Below, piece by piece: positions 13,161-25,427 of a stretch of DNA of 64,000 nucleotides. Both the position numbers and the translations under genes were made by a program. The stretch lies in contig CM060733.1 in assembly GCA_030704615.1 (NCBI GenBank), forward strand, positions 50,096,001 through 50,160,000, written 5' to 3'. A model generated the notes under the pieces. The model worked only from the letters and a program-made list of their open reading frames with translations. It was not told the origin of the DNA and did not search any database. How positions within the stretch are numbered: the first letter of the stretch is position 1; the number at the start of each line of letters is the position of its first letter. This DNA comes from Takakia lepidozioides. Lineage: Eukaryota; Plantae; Bryophyta.

Positions 13161-14618
13161 TCAAAAAGGGGCTTTTAGGATTTACAAAAATGTTAAAAAA
13201 CTTAAAAAGTTGCCCATCATTGTAGCCGTGAACAGACTTAGAGCGAGCGGGAGGGAGAGAGAGAGGGGGCTGGGACTTAGAGCGAGCGAGCGGGAAGGAG
13301 GGCAAACATGCATGGGAGGCCCGCAGTTGGAGCAACCTTTGCATCTGAAGCAAGCATCCTAGAAATGCTAGGGTACGTGTCCGAGGAGGTTTCGGCTGGG
13401 AACTCGCCGTTCTTGGGACATTCAGCTTGGTCTTAGCAGGCCGTGTTTCAATCTCTACCCGCTTAGCTGCACCGTGGTGGTTCTGACAGACCAATCAGAC
13501 ATTACCTGACTACAGACACAAGCAGCACACACAAGAGGTCCTCTTGGGTTCATGGTCAGTCAAATCCTCCATGGTTCATGACACAAGGTCGAGGACAATG
13601 TGGTGAGGGCACCTTCTTCTTCGACCTATTTCAGCCTGTTTTGCCCTCTCATTAGACTCGGCCCTGAATTTGAATCATGGAGCAGAGCTGGCATGAGTTT
13701 GTGATGGTCGGTCAAATCCTCCATGGGTCATGACACAAGGTCAAGGCCAATGTGGTGAGGGCACCTTCTTCTTCGACCTATTTCAGCCTGTTTTGCCCTC
13801 TCATCAGACTCGGCCTTGAGATGCATATTGAATTTTGTAAGTTAGCTCATTGCTCGTTGATAAGTAGGGTTGGGGGTGTTTGCTGAAACAATTCTAGGCT
13901 GTCATTGTCAGCTGCTAGCAGGAAGGCAAGGATGTATGCATGATTTTGTGCAGAGGCATAGATAGCTGAAGGAGCAAGGATAGAGTGTGGGCCCAGGTTC
14001 GTCCAAGAGGGCCGGATTTCAAGCTCCATTATTTCAGTGTCATCCATTCAGCCAGGGATTTCCTGGTGACATTGCCAAGGTTTTACTCGCCACACGATGC
14101 TTGTAAAACTTCCTTAGCTTGAATGCTGATTATGCTTGAATTATTAGGTTTGTAAAGCCAGTTTTGAAATTTTCATGGGAATCAGCTCTCTTGAAAATCT
14201 GTAGGTTGCAAGCCATTTACAGCGGGCCGTGGGTGGACTGGAAGACAGCCATTGAAAGTCCTGGTGCAGGTTAATACCAGTGGAGAGCAGTGTAAGCTTC
14301 ATATGCCCTTTTGGTGCTAGTTATCTTCATGTATGGTACTGTTGAACACCAACAATCTTTTGGTGAGATTCTGTCTTGGTGCACGTGTCTGATAAAGAAA
14401 GACGGTAATGTTTGTTCTGAAACTTGAAGGCATGAAATGATTCAACACAGCAAGAGCATTACGCGTGTCACAATATAAGCTGTAAGAAAGCAAGAGATAC
14501 ATAATTATACAGTCAAACAGACAACTATCAGTTTATGTGGAATCTCTTGCCAATGGCAAGATGGGTTGGGAACAACCAAGTCAGGAGCTGAATACCTGTC
14601 AAATTACCACATGTCCTT

Positions 14619-15130
14619 ATGAACACTGCCCCTGCCCTGGTGGACATGTATGCCAAATGTGGGTGCATCGATGATGCCAAGGGAGTGTTCAACACTGTGG
14701 CTGAACGAGATGTGGTGTCGAGGAGTGCGATGCTTGCAGGGTATGCACAGCTGGGGTGCGGGATGGAGGCTCCATCCTTTGAGCAAATGATGGGGGAAGG
14801 GGTGAAGGCCACCGACATAGCGTTTGTGTGCGTTTGCAGTGTGTCTGGCAGCCCTGGAAAAGAGCAAAGAGATCCCTGGTGACATCATCAAATCTGCAAT
14901 TGTACCAGATGTCATCCTGAACATTGGTTTGGTGGCCATGTATGCTAAATGTGGGAGCATTGAGGATGCCAAGGGAGTGTTCAACACTATAGCTGAACCA
15001 GATGTGGTGTCGTGGAATGCGATGCTTGCAGGATGTGCAGAGCAGGAGCGCGGGATGGGGCTTGGACACCTGAAAGCAAATGATGGGGAAAGGGGTGAAG
15101 GTACCTTCTTCAACATATTTCACCCTGTTT
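14619..15130 (+). pseudogene. Captured PLS-class PPR gene fragment (frameshifted)
   Basis: Two PPR units: ALVDMYAKCGCIDDAKGVFNTVAERDVVS and LVAMYAKCGSIEDAKGVFNTIAEPDVVSWNAMLAG. Frameshifts are present. Confidence 0.9.
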
Positions 15131-15254
15131 TCCCTGCTAGTGTTTGCTTTGACAATTCTAAGCTTTCATTGTCAGCTGCTAGCAGCAAGGCGAGGATGTA
15201 TGCATGATTTGTGCAGAGGCATGGATAGCTGAAGGAGCAGGGATTTCGTGTGGG

Positions 15255-15625
15255 TCCAGATTCATCGAAGAGGGCCAGATTTCAAGCACGTGATTCCCTG
15301 TGGATCAATAGCTACAAGAAACCTGCATGGATAGATGGTCAACTGGCAGTAGCGGCACAAGTGATAAAATCAGGCACTGCTAATGAAGGCATCTTCTTCA
15401 ACACATTTCACCCTGTTTTCCCTCTTATCAGAATCGGCCCTAAATTTCCATGTTCAATTCTGCAAGTTAGCTGGTTGAGTGAATCTAGTTTGGAGTGACT
15501 TTGACATGATATTGCCAATGTGACAACAGAAAAGTGTCAAAAAATAGGTAACAGAGATGAGGAGAAGCTGTGGAATGAATACTTATCTGAGCCCAGTCAC
15601 TGATGGGTCAACCGGGGCAGAAAGG
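15255..15625 (+). pseudogene. Captured fragments resembling OSB-type 'PDF' motifs (organellar ssDNA-binding proteins)
   Basis: GPDFKH plus SLWINSYKKPAWIDGQL (about 15272-15345, frameshifted) and EKLWNEYLSEPSH*WVNR (about 15562-15615). These recall the W..F..NP..WWDNR / PDFKH...LW...P.W...L repeat. Confidence 0.5.
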
Positions 15626-18600
15626 TGAATGCCTGCTACATTTCAGAGAGTAGCAGACGCAATTCAGCATAGGAACTAGTGTGCTACGCTGAGTTGGGTG
15701 TTTCCTAGAACAAATGTAGGCTGTCATTGTCAGCTGTTAGCAACAAGGCAAGGATGAATGCTTGATTTGTGCAGAGGCATGGATGGCTGAAGGAGTAGAG
15801 ATAGAGTGTGGGTGACGCAGGGTGCTGGGCAATGGACAAGACGTCTTTGTATAAACGTGAGTGACCTTCCTATCCTCCTGGCTCTCATTTTTAGTGCATG
15901 TTTCTTTGTGAAGTATCTGACGACTTCGCCAACACATACCAATCTTTTTGCTTTGGTTTGTTTACGAGTCCATGTGATAGAAGTTACCATAAACAACACT
16001 GGCATTGGTTTTTCATATATGGTATTAGATAATTCTCTTAATTGTTTCCGCCTTGGCAGGTTGCTCAGTGACCTTCCCTGGACGCTTTGGAGTATAGCGA
16101 GTGAGTGTCTCACAATGCAATGTTGGTTGGTGCATCTTATGCAAGAACTTGGAAAACAAACAGATGTCCTTGCTGTAGTAATTCTTAAAGCCATGCAACC
16201 CTTAGTTTTTGATGGGTTGCAGATTGATAGAATACATGAGTAGTTAGAAGATTCTGGGTGAACACTTTTCAAAGTGTTATAGTTAGACAATATAATTCAC
16301 ATGAGAACATGTGACTATTTTATGTATTTTTAGATTGCGACAAAAATGATAATGATAAATAGATTGGTAAATACAGATGGTGTACAATCTCTTGGTTTTG
16401 CTCAGCTTGTTGCAGTTATGTCTTGCCGCCTTGTTCTCTTTGTATTATATATTATATTTCATTTTTGTAATAGACATGTACATGACTGCTATCATAGTCA
16501 TAATAATGACTACATCTATTTTCACTCTCCAATAGTACTACACCATGTGGCAGAAATACAAATATGTAAAAAAATAGCAATACACCCAAAAAATCACCCA
16601 TCATGACACATGTCAATCTGTCGAGGGACCACGTGTAAAAACTGCAACGCGCCACGTGTTGCAACCGGATTAGCACGCACGTAGTCATGGAGAGCGAACA
16701 CTTTGCCACGTGTCATTTCCTGTATCGAGCACGTGTCACTCTTGCACAGCCGCTGACATGGACTACACTGTCCATTCAGTCATTCAGTAAAGCCAGCGTG
16801 TATGACTACCCCCACAGCTGCTCAGGCGCCACGTCACAACCAGCCTGGAGAGTCATATCTGCCATGTCACAATTGACTAGGCTTTTACGTCTACAGAGTC
16901 AGGAAGTCGTAAATGGCTTCCATAACTGCATTTGCAGTCATAACACAGAGACGTAAAAGCCGCAATCTATTGTAGTGCTTCTACTATTTTAGCGTCGTAG
17001 TCATTTGGCTCATACCAGTTGCTTCTCTTTGGTTTGTTGCGGGGGGCATGCACATATTGCACCCAATCCGGTCTACCCTTTGGACACGCTTCTTTCATGG
17101 CTGCAACATCAACAGAAAGAGTCTCAGGGATGGTCTGCTCAAAGCAATTACAGAAACGGGAGAATGCGTCGAAGGTGAAGTTCATACCTTCAGATCGGTC
17201 TCCGGCAACGATGACAACGCGACCTTTCAAGAAAGGGCGGGACCTTTGCTTCTCAGTCGGCAAGCTTGTATACATGAATCGTCGCGCTACTTTGGAAGAG
17301 GCACCAACCGCGAACCTAAACCCACAGCGTGCAGAAAGAAAGTGGAAAGACGCGCAAGACGGGAGAGGAGGAAGAGGCGAGTGGCCTAGCGCAACGGCTC
17401 GCTGCACAGAGAGGCGGACGCACACGTGCGGAAAGTGCCACATACGCCATCCACGCGGCCGCGCTCCATTGGATGGGCGCCGGAAACATGTAATGACCGC
17501 GCGGTGCAATAATGGCCGCCGTCAGGGTCTGTCGTCCTGGTCTGCCCTACGTCTCCACACTGGTCTGCCAAACGGGTCTGTAGCACGGGTCTGCCACATG
17601 GGTCTGCCACATCTGTAGTGTCATAATGGTTTGCCACACAGCTCAGCCACACTGGTATGCCACATAGCTCAGCCACACTGGTCTGCCACATCGGTCTGCC
17701 ACAGTAGTCTGTCACCATGGTCTGCCGCAATGGCGGCCTGCCACACTGGCCTGCCGCAATGGTCTGCCAATGATTGACTGTATTGACTCCCGTAATGAGC
17801 AGACCCATAATTTACTACAAAACCGTTTCCAGGCTGGTTTGTTGTGCCGGCTATATGGTATGGTCTGGTATGGTCTGCTCATGTGTTCTCCTGGTCTGCC
17901 CATCTCGTGTGCCCTCTGTCTGCATTTATGTCCCCATCCATTCGACCATTTGAATAGTCCCCTCATGAGGTCTGTCGATCCTTGCACTGTCATGCTAACA
18001 CATGGAAGGTCCACTAGTTCGGTGCACAACAATTCCGCCAAACATTTGCACTGGCCCGGTCCCGTTTTTGCAATGCTATTATACACATGGCATATGGAGG
18101 ACAAGCCTCAAAGAAGACAATGTGACGCCGGAAAGGTCGATTCACAATTGCTATCCATTAAAACGAGTCCTACTGCCGGTTCTTAGATCAGAGCTACATA
18201 CTTCCATTCAAGTCTGCAGTGTAAACTCAATGTAAACACCGACGTCTTCCGCGCCCTCATATACAGTCCCATCAATAGGCGAACAACAACACAAACATAG
18301 TAGAAGCATATGAACAAAGGAGGCTGTGGTTTGAAACGATGGACTCCGACGTTGGCACGGGAATCCATGGCTCCTTCGCGCTGCGTCTTCCAGACGTCAA
18401 ACAACCAATAGCATACAACAAACAACAAACACCAAAAGGCGGGGGCCGAGGGAAGTTGAAAGAGGAGGAAACACCAAAAAAAACAAAGCGGTGGAGATCG
18501 GCGAGTGCGATGCCATGCCCTAAATCCGGACGGTCTGGATACAACCGCGTTTGGACGGGCAGATGTGCGCCATGTCTGCCCGGGTCTGCTCTGCTGTGCG

Positions 18601-19613
18601 GGTTCGGCGTGGTCTGGTGGACGATATGCAGACCCACCGGAGGCGACGCGGGTGGACCTCTGCGCGGGCTTGGGCGACTGCGGGCTGCCACGCCCGCGGG
18701 TGGGGGGACTGCTGTCCGTGGGCCGCAGGCCGCGAGTGCCGCGGGCATGCGGGGCTACCGACTGCGCTGCTCGGTGGGGGGGGAGGGGGGGGGGGGTGCG
18801 GGGGCGGGGGGTGGGCTGGGAGACCCCCCGGCCGTGGGTCCTAGCCCGCACGTGAGATATAAACTCCCAATTATTCAAAAGAGACTGCCCACATGTTGCC
18901 ACCCTCCCTCCGAAATATGAGCTTATCAAGAGTTGGACTAGTGGTGGGTACCCTGAACTTTATGTTGAAAGATCATAAGGCAACGGAAATGGAGTGGGTA
19001 TCATTTAGATGTCCTTGAACCACCATGAAATTTACTCTCAATATGGAGATGCTGTATGACCAGTCCAAAGCTTGGACATGTAAGAGGCTATGTATTTTTT
19101 GTATCTCTAGAATTGTGAAGTTGTGCAGGTGGATACAGTGAAGGTAGAGAACAATCACTAAGTGTCACATGCGGTGGCGGGTGCAAAATAGCCCAAGAAT
19201 TTAAACTGTTGTTGTGATTCATCTGTTCTAATGTTCCAGATTTGAGTGTGCATATTCAGTTGAACAGATGGAGGTAGAGTTTCCTGTGTACCATACAATA
19301 CTTACAAGATGATATTGACACTCCGGCACACCATAGTTTATTTCATCTCAAAACTGTTTCTGAGGACATTCATGAACATTGATGACAACATGCCCCTCTC
19401 CACCAAGAGCAGTGGAGATGTCTGCTTTTGTTGTGAAATCAGACTACATGTGCTGACTTCCAAGCCAGAAACCTACTGACTTTTGTGAGGCTTATTTTCC
19501 ATTTGACCACCAATCATGTTCAGCAAGGAGCTGAACAAAGAACCGAACAGATTGGGTTCTCTTGCTCCTCCCAAAATAGGCAAGTGCCACAGTATCTACA
19601 GTTCAATTGATGC

Positions 19614-22600
19614 TCACTTGCAACATCTGAATTTGGCAAAGACATAAGGGTACTGGCGCTGATAGAAGTTGCGGAAAGAGTCTCGGCACAGCGACGTATG
19701 TGTGACTGGCGAAGCTCCTTTCAGCACATAGTGGGAGCCATCAAAAAAATCACGAGAGTACTCAGGATACTCGTCCATGGCTTGGAAGCCGGGAAATGGT
19801 GCAAAGCAGGTTGCTGTCCACTCCCAACCACCGTCTCGCAGGTGTTGGACCTTGATTGAAGCACCACTGTCCAAAATGCGATGGTACTCAACTTCGCTCA
19901 TGATCCGACACCCAGTCCACTTGCAGAAGGCTTGCGCCTCTGACAAGCTCACAAACACTGGCTGATCCGCCACCTTCTTCCAGTGAGCAGATGAGTGCCA
20001 GGGCGTATGAACAAAATACTCCCCTTGAACTTTGGACCAACTCGCAGGGCACTTGCACCCTCGGTTGCTGAAGAATTGGAAATCAATAGCCTCCCAAAAC
20101 TCTTCTCTCTCATAACCCATCTCCATAATAAATTTGTGAAACTCACCCACTGTTACTGGCATGGAACTCACCCAGAAAGCCTCAGATACACTTGTATGAA
20201 GTTTGGGGTATTCATTGTCCCAGAAAAAGCCTCCCTCTTTCGGATTTGCACCAAGTACCACTTTTCCTGGTGAGATGCGGACCGTGTGTTGTGGAGTATG
20301 AACAGGGCTTGTTGTATTTACCGAACTTTGAAGCTTTGTCGGAAGCAAGTGGGCAATTGAAGAACCATTTGCTGACTCAAACTGCTTCTCAAATGCTACT
20401 CTTGTCTGCTGCAATTGCATGTACGCTAGGGTTTCCAGATGCATCCTTTCGTGCTCGAGTGCCAGCACTATGAGCCGGGGACTTGCCTTGCATGTGCTTA
20501 TTGCGTCAAGGATCGCCGCCCTTGTCTTCTGGACGTATGTCACTACCTCCTCCCGTGAAGGCCACTGGGCAGGAACTTCAGGATGCTGGTGGCACTTGGA
20601 AGGATCGACAACAACTGGATCGATACCCCGAGAGAAAGTAACATCCAGATGTGATGGAGATTCGTAAGGTAAGAGCTTCAGTTTCGCGAATGCGCAGACA
20701 TGCCCACTGCTCAAATAACACAAGCCCAAAGTGGGTCAGTCTCTTTTTTCATGTTGGAATGAAAGTCTCGAGAGATCCGAAGCCAAGATTCAAAACTGAA
20801 TGCTTAAAATCAATTTAGATGCACCTAACAAGGGCATGTATCAGATTCCTGAATCGTCGCGCACAACAAAGCGCTGACACAATCTCATCTAAGGATTTAA
20901 GGTTTACGGAGTAGTATTGATCATCCTATTTCCCCGATTACTTACTGGTAGAAGCAAAATGGGTGCCGAACATCGATGGGCTTTACAGTCCAATCCTTGA
21001 TTTCCGAGAAGAAAGCGTCCGTATCCTTCCAGCACCTCAGAACCGCTTCTTCAAAGGGGAGTAGCATTTGTATGCCATAGGTTTTGTTGCGCCAGGCTGC
21101 ATGTATATGAAATCCAGACTCAGTGGCCAGCCGTTGCAAATCGCTCACTGTGAACTTCCGTGACACTTCAACCAACACCCTCTCGCCGGACCTTCCACAT
21201 GAGCAGCACAGATCCCCATTCACATGAAAGAATATACTGGGCGTTTCTGACTTTGCAGAAACATTTTACGTGGACCTACACTGCCAGAAATCTTGAATTA
21301 AGATGCATAGTCTCTAATTCAAAACCTTCCTTCCAACCTCAGCAAAATGAATTCGAATCGATTAATAATCAGATCATCCCAACCATCATGAGAGGAGAGA
21401 TCAGGGAGCGAGTCAGGATAATTTTGTACATCATTGAGATGTTCTAGTCTCCAGTCCAAACTGTTAGAACAGATTACAGCATAGCAGCAGCATCATCGCA
21501 ACCGCTATCTAAGGAACATCTTCATTTCTACCTGATGTTAACATTGCGCTGGGGAATCGTCAGTCCCACAGGAAACTGCACATACATCTCGACCCTTCGC
21601 AGGCGCTCATTCACGTCAACCTCGTAAACCCATGACCTTTCCTCCTCGGCTGTAACTTCACGTCCTACTAGTACAGAAAGTGCGTTGCGCATTCCATTCT
21701 TGATAAACATCTCAGTTACTCCCTCCTTATCATGGTATGCGGCAAACAGCCTAGTCACATCCTTCCACATGTCTGCAGGACCACCATTGTTAAATAGTCA
21801 CACGCCGAGCAAGATGTAGCGTCACGAAATAATTTCGTTGAGAACTGGTCAGACTGGCTGGTACTAGATTGCTCTTGAAGCTGCACAAGTGACAAACATT
21901 GACTCTGTAAAATACGTGGTCAGTTACAGTCTAAGGATGCTTTCCGCTTAGCCTGATCAACACATGTATATATATATGAGCAAGCAATCAGAGAGTGCCC
22001 AGTCTAGTATTTCGTATCTGTATGGACTTGTAACAGCAACCCCAATCTAAAATAACGCTTAACCAAAGCATCAAGAGTATATTGTCACTCGGCCTGTGGA
22101 TTTCACCATGTGCACTACCTGGTAGAGGCAATTATCTGACAAATTATGGACTCTCTGAATTTTCACAGTAGGGTCCGAGGCCTTCAGGTAAGGAGTTCAG
22201 CTAGGACCACACCTGTGCAGAGTAAGATCTGACAATGAGAGCCAACTGCAGTGAAGACATCCCTGAAGAAGGTAATGGCATCAGGCTCGGAGAGGTTCCC
22301 GACACTGCTGCCTAGCCACAAGATGCTGAGCATGTCCTTTGGGTGGTGCTCCCGCACTTGCTTGAGCCCCTCCATGTAGTCAGCTTGAACAAATTCCAGG
22401 TTTTCTGACCTGAGACCTCGTACTTCACGCGACAGGTTTACAGAGGCCTCCTCTAGGAATAATCCCGAAACATCGATTCCAACAAATCGGCAGCTGTGCT
22501 CCGACATTCTCAAAGTAAGCCATTGACATCCTCATAGACAGAAATTTGCAGTCAGGAGGGTGTAGATAGACTATCCAGGCTAGAAATAATGATTTCAGAA

Positions 22601-23114
22601 TAGTTAGACGGGGAGAAGCCAGACTTGCGGAAGAGCGCCAGGGGTTGGCAACAGAGAGATTTCTCAGTAACTTTGCAAAGGCAAATTCATCAATTGTCAG
22701 TTTCAATCTGGAAGAGCCTTCGAACTGCATAATTGCTGCAATGAAACACTTACGTACGTAGAATTTCTTCCTCGAGCACTGTGCAGATGAAAAAATTTAT
22801 ATTGATCATGGGCCTGCAACATACCTCCCATGGCGAGCTTGGATAGCAGACAGAATTCCAGCCGTCTTTCGGGCAGTGCCACATCCGAGTTCAACTACCA
22901 AACTCCCTACTGGTATGGAAGAGGCAATGGCTGCAGCATGTTCTGTAATCAGTGATTCCTCGGCCCTGAAGGGATAATATTCCTCCAAATGCGTAATTTG
23001 CTCATAAAGGTCTGATCCCTTCATGTCATACAATAGGCTGAAGGGAATCTCTTTGTTTGCGACCTTCTGAAGCCCTTTGAGTACTTGACTCACGATCTCC
23101 GAGTATATTGGCAT
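19614..23114 (-). CDS. egt1: Ergothioneine biosynthesis protein Egt1-like (histidine N-trimethyltransferase EgtD domain fused to DinB/FGE sulfoxide synthase EgtB domain), 716 aa
   Basis: Exons 23114-22825, 22493-22213, 21772-21532, 21191-20946 and 20706-19614 are all GT-AG, phase-consistent and open (2151 nt). Motifs: LYDMKGSDLYEQIT..EYY, VELGCG, WLGSSVGN, AAYHDKEGVT, EVSRKF, RHPFCFYHGH, RGIDP, HERMHLE (HX3HXE), GWEWT, YPEYSRDFFDG, FRNFYQ. An additional upstream exon is possible (acceptor at 23174). Confidence 0.92.
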
Positions 23115-24789
23115 CTTCAAAAGTGTGTGCCGGGTGTGTGTCGTTGACCAACGTATGTACAGTCTTCGGGTTTCTGTGAAAAATTATCAAGTTTCATACA
23201 CAAGAGGAACGTAGTACATCTACTAGGTTATGGCCAGAGATTGCACTGCAGAGAAGACAAGACACACTGGTCACACTTAGTTAACGTCACTTCTCAGGGT
23301 CTAGCTGGTGGGATCCAAGCAACCCAAGTTTCATGTTCTAGAAGAAACGCATTATACTTTCCATTCATAGTCCTCGTGGACCTTCATGTCGAATATGGAC
23401 CGGAGGTTCACTGCAGTCGACTGAATGTGCAATTCTTGCCAGTCATTCGCTTCGGGCCATGCTTGTACAAACACTAACTCTCCCATATTGGTGCTTGCAG
23501 GCATCAATTGAATAGGTCGACATTGACTCTAGAGGTCGACCTGACGTCTGCAGTCAGTGTACTAGACGACGAAATCGATTGAAGTCTCCAGGGTCCAACA
23601 TAATGGGTGCCTGCATACATGTGCATCGCACATCCCAAGGGCTTGTGGGACTGTTCAAAGCAATTCCAGAACCGTCTCCGAGGACAAATTCCAGCCCTAC
23701 AACATGAAAGGGAGAGGCATAGGAGCGCTTACAGAGTCGGAACAACGGGCACCCTGGAGAGATTTATATGTTGCTAGGAAAGGGAAGACGGTGGTGCTTG
23801 ATTAGGAGCGAACAACTTCACAAACCATTTTCAGACGAAGACAATTGGATCAACAGCAGCAGGAACACCATGGCTCTGGGCAATCCGTCCAGCATTTTCA
23901 TTGTCTGTAATTTCTCTCTCTCTAGAAAGATCTCTTTCTCAATACCCACACCACTATCAAGACCCAATGCTGCTCCTCTCTTATGAAAACGAACAACACT
24001 CCCGACACACAGTCAGTCTGCTCACATGAATATTTTCACAACCTAAACTTGTGGCTCAGGGAACCACCACACTTGAGCAACCTCTTACGAGCTATCTAGA
24101 GGTCTGTTGCCCGCATATATATATAGTGCAGCAGGAAATGGGTTCACGTTCAACTTCCCGAGCACCAATTTGTCAACGTAGCAACTTCGGGCTGTCACAG
24201 TGTCTGTTCATAGCTGCATGACACACCGGCACAACCGTCGTGGCGGCCATGCATACCCTACAATGCTGCAGCCCAAACGCACAAGTGGTTATCATCCACG
24301 TGTGGGCGGAGAGTCCTCGCATCCTTGGATATTCCATCTCGGAGGAAGGAATGTCGCTCTAAAAGACACACACACCACGTGGAGATAACATGTCCATTCA
24401 ACGCATTCTGCAGGCACCTCAGCTGCTAGTTACTAGGAATGGTGTCCGTTCCAACCGGGTTCTATATTGCGACTGGTGTCCACTGCGACTCGGTCTATTT
24501 TCTGCCAACGTGGCAATGAAGCAAGTCGCGTGCACAACTCTGGGTTTGGCCCCCACTTGTTGGCATTTTTTCAAAAATTTCGACAAAAGTAGTTAGAAAT
24601 TACAAAAATTATGAGTTGTTTTAACCACTCATTTTGTAAGTAGTATTTATGACATATTATGATTGTATGATTTCGCGCAACATTGGGCAATGAAAACTTA
24701 AAAAAAAAACATTTATAATTTGTCGTGGTATTATGTGATTGGAGGATATAGAAATGTGTGGGTATGATGAAGTGTTGGTGGGAAAGGAT

Positions 24790-25427
24790 GCGGGCGCGTT
24801 TTAGGCGTGAATAGAGTATGTTGCAGGTGGCGAGAACTAAGACTGGAGTGGCTTCGTCGAGGCGAACATCTTCGTTGATCATTATTCTTCTCATCTTGGG
24901 GTGATAGCATTGGTAGCAGCATCGTACCCCAATAAGACACAAAGAAGGGATTTCTAGGATCTAGCTTTTTTTTGCCTTTCATCAGGAATGTGCAATGCTC
25001 CCAAAGATTCTCAGTCTCCTGAAGAAGTCTGGCTTTTCACCATGAAATCGTTCGTCTGGGATCATACATTTATTGGCCTTGGTGGAAGACATGTAATTTG
25101 TAAGCAGATTTGCACTATTGAGAGCCTCAACCCACGGAGACTTTGACACACCCGTTTCATACACCATGGCCCTCGCTTTCTCTACTATAGTTCGATTATT
25201 CCGTTCAGCAACACCGTTCTGATGTGAGGTGTAGGATTGAGTTAGTTGTCTTTTGATTCCCTATTCATCACAGAATGATATAAAATCCTCATAAAGATAC
25301 TCATCTCCTCAATCGCTTCTGACGCATTTGATTCTCTTGCCAGTGAGATTCTCCACAATTGTTGTGAATTTCTTAAAGTAAGAGAAAGCTTGAGACTTGT
25401 GCTTCAAGAAGTAGACCCATCCCTTCC
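24790..25427 (-). pseudogene. Ty1/Copia integrase remnant (part 1)
   Basis: IKCVRSD.GDEY, SYTSHQNGVAERNNRTIVEKARAM, WVEAL.SAN.L.N, LRIFGSIA and RRIMINEDVRLDE, with stops and frameshifts. Confidence 0.9.

Larger units (their letters stand above)
12488..16977. mobile_element. Non-autonomous CACTA (En/Spm) element carrying captured host-gene fragments
   Basis: Left TIR CACTACAACAGATTGCGGCTTTT, right TIR AAAAGCCGCAATCTATTGTAGTG, and 3-bp TSD CTT (12485-12487 and 16978-16980). Both ends closely match those of 41999-55707. Confidence 0.95.
10927..18850 (-). other. Unclassified decayed element or gene rich in GGTCTG/CAGACC repeats, split by the CACTA insertion at 12488-16977
   Basis: The reading frame ...YDAKIVEA (ends 16978) resumes as FNFVDLRVDKDK below 12487, followed by a CPFC...RH zinc-finger-like motif with stops and frameshifts. 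GGTCTG clusters at about 11010-11540, 17520-17900 and 18530-18630. Termini not defined. Confidence 0.45.

Noticed and set aside
19614-23114. Bacterial contamination as the source of egt1
   Set aside because: Four phase-consistent spliceosomal introns and contiguity with plant TEs.
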